Shown piece after piece: positions 34,831 through 40,826 of a stretch of DNA of 40,826 nt. Every line of letters starts with the position of its first letter. Position 1 is the first letter of the stretch. Under the pieces are notes generated by a model that saw only the letters and a program-made list of their open reading frames with translations, was not told the DNA's origin and did not search any database. The stretch is from NCBI RefSeq assembly GCF_000143415.4, contig NW_003314386.1, forward strand, positions 1-40,826. The letters run 5' to 3'. The translations under genes and the position numbers were made by a program. The stretch is from Selaginella moellendorffii (lineage: Eukaryota; Plantae; Lycopodiophyta).

Positions 34831-35259
34831 CTTTACCTCTTCTCTGCCACTTTATACCCATTTCAAGATGTAAGTTTTTTAATGCAGATTACTGGAGCTA
34901 AAAAACTACCTCGGTAAATGGGAGAATGCGTCCATATTACTATATTTTGAACTAAGTATACAGACTACAACTCATAACTTATTTTATAATTGAGTTTTGG
35001 GATGTCTTTAAAATACCAGCTGTTTAGGATGTTTATTAGTTAATGAAGTTTAGGATTGAGTTGTGATGTGTATTAGATAATAGTTAACAAAGTATAGAAT
35101 TAAGTTGTGGATGATTAAAAACATAAAAATTTTGTTTGACTATAATTGGAAAGCATTACTAATCCAGTTGCCCGGATGAATCAGATTTACATGAGTTCAG
35201 AGATAAAATCTACAGCATGAAAAAAAAACAAACTCAAAAGGATTTGCATGGTGGCCTTG

Positions 35260-35830
35260 TCAAAATTTACTGTTGTCTCTCTTATCATCAGTACTGTTAC
35301 TACCCTCGCTACTAGTGCTACGTTCAACCTGGGGCTGCAAAACAGAATAATTAAAATAAGAGACCAAAAACATAATAAAAATTAACCCTTTTTTAAGTCC
35401 GCGAGAGTAGCCACTTCAGAGCGTTAGTTGTCCCCCCGGTGTAACCACAATTGTATCCTATCCAACAAGTTCAACACATCATAAACAGAGCAAGTATGAA
35501 ACTTGCCTTCTTTAGGTCTTACTCCTTCAGTCAAATTTTCTTTCTGTATATACAAGATGGATATGCAAACAATCAAATAAATAACTTACTTTCGAATGTG
35601 TAACCAAATTACCTTGAGAGCCTTTTCCTGGATTTTCCAGCATGTCTGCTGCTTGCTGAGGACTTGCTGCAGCTGCAGTGCTAGCAAGAGGAGCTCCAAA
35701 TAACATACTTGATGCATGAGACTTTTGCAACTAAAGTTATAAAAAACCATGCAACGAACCTCTTCGGAACATTTGCGACTATGTTGCCTCGGTAGATGTT
35801 GCGGGGTAAATTTTCTCTTCACTACCTGAA
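35260..35830 (-). pseudogene. Possible multi-exon gene or transposon-gene remnant with short introns
   Basis: Alternating purine-rich exon-like blocks and 50-70 nt T-rich GT/GC...AG segments (e.g. GTAATTTGG...TATACAG, GTTAATTTTT...TTTTGCAG). No recognisable protein. Confidence 0.3.
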
Positions 35831-36109
35831 ACAGTGTGAAATTGTGTGAAGTTAACAGGAAAAAAAGAGGAAGCACCACTGGCTTCTAAGTCAGCTGAAG
35901 CATTCAACACAAACATTCCCAGCTAAGCCTGGCTCCACTTTCCTTGTTGTTGGTCGCTTATGATGCCTTGTCGCTCTTTCCAGAAGCCCTAGATAGATTC
36001 CGTCAATATACTTATTAATTTTAATTCTCATCCCTTAATTTTTGTTATAAACACATATTACTTCCTTTATTTATTTATTTTATTTATTTTATGATTTATT
36101 CTGCTAAAT

Positions 36110-37300
36110 ACCCTTCTAGGCCTTTTCTGAATTTTCACGTTGATTTCCTTCTGTCACCCACCTCTGTCCCACATAGGTGATTCTGTATTCATGTTCCTTT
36201 TTTTCGTCGAATTTAATCAATTCTGTAATGACATAGTAGATGTATTGTGAAAAAATGTTTCTTATTTTGATTACCTAAAAATTCTTGGATAGTATTCATG
36301 TCCGTCTTAGCTCTGTCTAATGATTATGTTTCCAATGTTCACTTGAGATTAGCGTAATTGAAGCCGTTCTTCTATAATTTTCTGAATATGACTGATTATA
36401 TCCTCATTATTATTTCAGACATATAATATCAAGGAAAATTGAGAGCTAATCACCTGATATGATGTTTTAATTGGCCTGTTTGATGCCAGAACTAGATATT
36501 TAATCACCTCAAATGGAAACTTTTGTCTGTTATCATATTTTCTTATCCAAAATTTTTTGTCTCAGCATTGTACTTTTTGCTTGCAGAAACATTAGTGTAA
36601 TGCATCCATTTTCGTTTACTTTGGTTTCATTCGTGAGATCAAGTACTGATAATGGATAAAGCCACAAAATGATTTCTTCTGTTTCCGGTTGCTTGTTGAA
36701 TGATGGAGCGTAAATCACTGAAGTGTCATCCATGTATGTGGAGGTATTGGCAAATTTTGAGTAATATATTCTTTAGATACCACGAATTTCATATCTCTTT
36801 TGTAAGAACTGAAATTTTGTTTCCACCTTCCTCTCCATTTCCATTGTTCGGTTTTTTCATGCTTGTTAGTACTAGCTCATATCTTTTGAAAACCCTGTAT
36901 CTCCATGTAATAGAATACTTTCGTAGCATTTTGATTAAATCACCAGAGAAGATATTGTGAATCTCATTAGGAATGTTTAATGTGAATTGAACTGAGGAGT
37001 TCAATGCTAATTCTTTGTTGGTATTATTCGTAAGCATCTAATCCAAAATACTATTTTAATTCACCCCAAACTATGAATTTAGAAAACTCTTTGGATTATG
37101 TTGATGAAATAAAAGATCCAGGAATAATATTTGTGAATCTAGAATGTCCGTTTCTCATGAATTTAATTCACTCTTATCCTCTTGCTTTTCTGTTGACGTA
37201 GAACTGCTTTTCTTGCCATCTGGAACCATCGATAGATTTCATGCCAGAAAGATTCTGTGAGATATGCTGTATTTATGGAAGTGAATGTTCACGTTTTAGA
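36110..37300 (-). pseudogene. Possible endogenous negative-strand RNA virus L (RdRp) fragment, ophiovirus/Mononegavirales-like
   Basis: Ordered motif ghosts SKFIVWGELK*YFGL, KYNAETKNFG, LISSEHWKHNH, IQEFLG..HFFTIH, YVGQRWVTEG; AT-rich, many stops and frameshifts. Confidence 0.3.
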
Positions 37301-37439
37301 GATCATGCTCAGGCATGTTTGGTGATGTGATGACTTCAAGTTCGGGATTTTTCTGCCACTGAAGTAGATTGGCGTCTCTATTCAATTATATTTTGGAACC
37401 TGTCACAGCATCATCCCCTAGAATCCAGGTCCTGGGAAC

Positions 37440-38325
37440 CGTGATCACAAGATTATCCCACTAAACCAAACAGTCAAAGACAAGCACAGAGACCAACTCT
37501 GTCACTCGTAGAGAACTGTCTATCTTCCTGCTCTCCACTGAAAAACTCTTCTTGTTATCCTTTTGATGGCCTTTTCCTACATGGCAGGTTAAGGCCTCAA
37601 ACCACATAAACCACAGTTAGGGTTAACCAGCCTATTAGCTTAAGCAAGTGCCTAACAGTTCCTTCCCCTAATAAGGGAATCCTTGTCCTCAAGCATGTTC
37701 AGCACATCAATCGAGTCATTGACCAAATCATCATCCCATCCTTAACCTCCGGTACTGCACATCCTCCAACATAGTCGGGACTCTAATCCATGTGATGCCA
37801 CACATGCTGCCATATCATCATTCTGCACAAATATTTTTTCTTGGCAGGAGTCATACTATAAGAATTTGCACATACCACATCCATTTCTCAAGGAGTGACC
37901 TTCATCGAACTGGGTATGATTCACTAGGAGACATGGTCAAATCAGCTTCAACTCAGTAAATAATCCGATCCATGATAAATATCGATCAAATGAAATGTTG
38001 ATTTTTCAGGTTGGTATAGAAGCTCCGCTAAAATTCTAACACAAAACTAAAATGATTGAGGGAGTAACCAAGGGCATTTTCAATTTATATTATTTAACAT
38101 AAATAAGTGTGTCCCCAGAAATGACCTGTTACAAAATGTCTATAAAACATCCAAGCCTTAGTAAATCCCACATTGCAATCCAGGAATATGTATGTCTCCA
38201 GGAATAATCCATCACGTCATGTCCTTGCAAATTCCAGGATGACTGTGCTTCCAAGAGTTATATCTCGTGAACCAATTCATAATTAATTCCATGTCTTTGA
38301 TCAAAAGTATAGCTCTTGTCATGAA
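37440..38325 (-). pseudogene. Very decayed gypsy pol-like remnant
   Basis: Ghosts ELVHEI, CFID and SFLG in RT order; possible PPT/LTR start near 37450. Confidence 0.3.
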
Positions 38326-38867
38326 NNNNNNNNNNNNNNNNNNNNNNNNNNNNNNNNNNNNNNNNNNNNNNNNNNNNNNNNNNNNNNNNNNNNNNNNNNN
38401 NNNNNNNNNNNNNNNNNNNNNNNNNNNNNNNNNNNNNNNNNNNNNNNNNNNNNNNNNNNNNNNNNNNNNNNNNNNNNNNNNNNNNNNNNNNNNNNNNNNN
38501 NNNNNNNNNNNNNNNNNNNNNNNNNNNNNNNNNNNNNNNNNNNNNNNNNNNNNNNNNNNNNNNNNNNNNNNNNNNNNNNNNNNNNNNNNNNNNNNNNNNN
38601 NNNNNNNNNNNNNNNNNNNNNNNNNNNNNNNNNNNNNNNNNNNNNNNNNNNNNNNNNNNNNNNNNNNNNNNNNNNNNNNNNNNNNNNNNNNNNNNNNNNN
38701 NNNNNNNNNNNNNNNNNNNNNNNNNNNNNNNNNNNNNNNNNNNNNNNNNNNNNNNNNNNNNNNNNNNNNNNNNNNNNNNNNNNNNNNNNNNNNNNNNNNN
38801 NNNNNNNNNNNNNNNNNNNNNNNNNNNNNNNNNNNNNNNNNNNNNNNNNNNNNNNNNNNNNNNNNNN
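38326..38867. other. Assembly gap (542 N)
   Basis: Run of N. Confidence 1.
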
Positions 38868-39576
38868 GAGATCAAATGTTGATGGCGAGTGAAAAAATGT
38901 AGGGCTCCAGGTGCTGGTTGGCAGCTTGAAGCTGAAGATTGCGGCCTCTAGTGTGGGGAAGACCCTGGAGAAACTCCTGGATGTGGTCGAGGTCTAAAGA
39001 AAGAGCTGCTCGTTATCACAAACCTTTGTGAGGATGCTCCCCATTTTGCTTCATAGCTCCCATGAAAACACGTCCAAAAGCTGCAGTGAGGGCCTCAGAT
39101 GGCCTTGTTGAGAGTCTAACCTCAACCCTCTCTCACACTCACTCTTGCAATATATACAAGAAATATATGTATTGTGCGTTCGACCCTGATAATAAGAATG
39201 AGTTCATATTGTTTTTTTCACAGATTGTAAGCAAAATGCAGGTTATTCAGCTGTTTCAAATGTTCCCAGTCACAATCTGGGGATAGAGCGTGCGAGGAGA
39301 GAGAATTTGGCTGGTGTTTAGGGCTTAATGTGTTAACCATGTGTTTATTCTGTTTAAGCCCTATATTTGACCAGGGCCAATATAATAACTTCAAAAATTA
39401 CGAGGGTCGGGTATATTAAACTTTTTGCATCTTGAATCAGCACACGGATCCCAAATACATCGTTGAGGAGCTTTCTATTTCTTGCTAAGTGCTGGCTGTA
39501 TTAGGGATCAAATGCTTGCCCAACCGAGGACACCACTCAAGACAGTCGACTACAAGATTACAAGGCTTTTAAAATG

Positions 39577-40826
39577 CTAGTAAGGCATGCATACCTTTTC
39601 TTTTTCATCAAGCATTTGCTTTCTCACACGCCGCCGCTCAGCCAAATCTTCTGCTGTCAGTCCGAGCACCACGTCACCCAACACAAGCCTCATCAGGCCA
39701 TCAAACAAGCGCAATGAATCGTCAGCAACAGTGCCCGAGTGCGTGACGCTGGGCAGCCGATACCACTCCGAGCACAAGTAGAACTTTCCCACCAGCATCA
39801 CTCCTCGGGGGTAGATCGCATCCGGCTTCTCAGCATAGCACCGCCTGTAGAACTCAGTTCCCTTGGCCAGCATCGACTGCAGGTTGTCAAAGCTGTGCCA
39901 ACATTTCCCAGTCACGGCCTGGTGCTCCTTGAACAGCTTCATCGACTCCTTGGTGACTCTACCATCACTTCCCACAGTCACGTATCCCTCAGCCACCAGA
40001 ATCCCGTAAGACCAAGTGTGAGAAGTCATCACCAGCACGTACACAGGCAGCCCGTGTCCGTTTTTCAGGTTCACCAGTAAGTGCTTGGCCGCGTAAAACC
40101 CACCTTGGTATCTCGCATTGAACTTGTGCTTGTCTTCAACAAACTTCCTCTCGAGAACCGCCACAATGCGGTCGGGATCCATAGATGACAGCTCCTCCAC
40201 GCTTTTCTCTTCCGTCGCCACCATTTTCTTGACTCGCTCAAATGCTCGCTCATCGCATACATGTATCAGACCATCTGCGAATCCGGTTGCTACATTCGCC
40301 TCTTCCCTCAAGTCGCCAGTCATCTCTGCTGACCCTTCTGGCGTGATCTCCATGCCTGCGTTGTTGGAGCCACTTTCATTGAGCTCGTTTACAGGGTCGA
40401 CCGTCATCTGGATGGATAAGCTGGCGTTGTCCTCTACATCAACTTTGCCTCTCTTGGACGGCATGCCCGATGTCCCGTGATCCCGTGACCGCTTCCCACA
40501 CACACGGACGTGCTTGGTAAACTCTGCCTGGGACAGCCTCGTGAATTTTTTCAGAGGCTCCAGAAACGAAAAGTGCAGCGGGAACGCCTGGTTTTCGTTG
40601 AGGGGCTCAGAGTATGCATCACTGACGCTCAGGAATCTCCTCGTCCACATCCTTCTTGCTTTCCTGGTCACCTCTGTGTCTAGCACTGGTTCACTAAACT
40701 TTGTCACTGCCACTGGAAACTCCCGGCCTTTGGGAACCTCGACAATCTCCACGAGTGGAAAGCACGCCTGGAACACGTCTTTGTGGGTACAGTTTGCCGG
40801 AATCTCTAACGGATCGGTCACAGCCC
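39577..40826 (-). CDS. 5'-truncated protein (>=414 aa) with a PD-(D/E)xK restriction-endonuclease-like domain, Crinkler/CR-REase-like
   Basis: Uninterrupted frame open to the window edge; GFADGLI ... VAVLERK ... ARYQGGFY ... PVYVLVMTSHTWSYGIL motif order. Confidence 0.65.
   Translation of the reverse strand, partial: AVTDPLEIPANCTHKDVFQACFPLVEIVEVPKGREFPVAVTKFSEPVLDTEVTRKARRMWTRRFLSVSDAYSEPLNENQAFPLHFSFLEPLKKFTRLSQAEFTKHVRVCGKRSRDHGTSGMPSKRGKVDVEDNASLSIQMTVDPVNELNESGSNNAGMEITPEGSAEMTGDLREEANVATGFADGLIHVCDERAFERVKKMVATEEKSVEELSSMDPDRIVAVLERKFVEDKHKFNARYQGGFYAAKHLLVNLKNGHGLPVYVLVMTSHTWSYGILVAEGYVTVGSDGRVTKESMKLFKEHQAVTGKCWHSFDNLQSMLAKGTEFYRRCYAEKPDAIYPRGVMLVGKFYLCSEWYRLPSVTHSGTVADDSLRLFDGLMRLVLGDVVLGLTAEDLAERRRVRKQMLDEKEKVCMPY

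Noticed and set aside
38258-38902. 205/211-aa ORFs
   Set aside because: Artefacts of translating the N gap.

Overview
Eukaryotic, almost certainly plant DNA (iMet and Arg(UCG) tRNA primer sites; the element types suggest a non-seed plant such as a lycophyte, which is inference). It is a deeply nested retrotransposon pile. A decayed Tcn1-like chromovirus LTR is split by Ty3/gypsy element A1 (+, 2973-25112). A1 contains an inverted copy of the same family, A2 (-, 4763-22601), whose gag-pol is nearly intact. A2 is split by a young non-autonomous LTR element B (11025-19102, TSD TCTTG). Removing B restores an uninterrupted 320-aa extra ORF upstream of A2 gag, and A1 supplies a decayed extra 3' ORF, so family A appears to carry accessory genes on both sides of gag-pol. 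B LTRs carry about 15 tandem TGACGTG(G/T)C bZIP/ABRE-type boxes, a 3' end built from repeated LTR-end/PBS junctions, and a CACTA footprint. Downstream are a Copia nested in a Copia remnant, a 417-bp TRIM sharing B's cis-signals, a possible highly decayed negative-strand RNA virus polymerase fragment (~36.1-37.3 kb), an assembly gap, and a 5'-truncated 414-aa ORF with PD-(D/E)xK nuclease motifs resembling Crinkler-type REase domains. All calls come from manual reading; no database searches were run.
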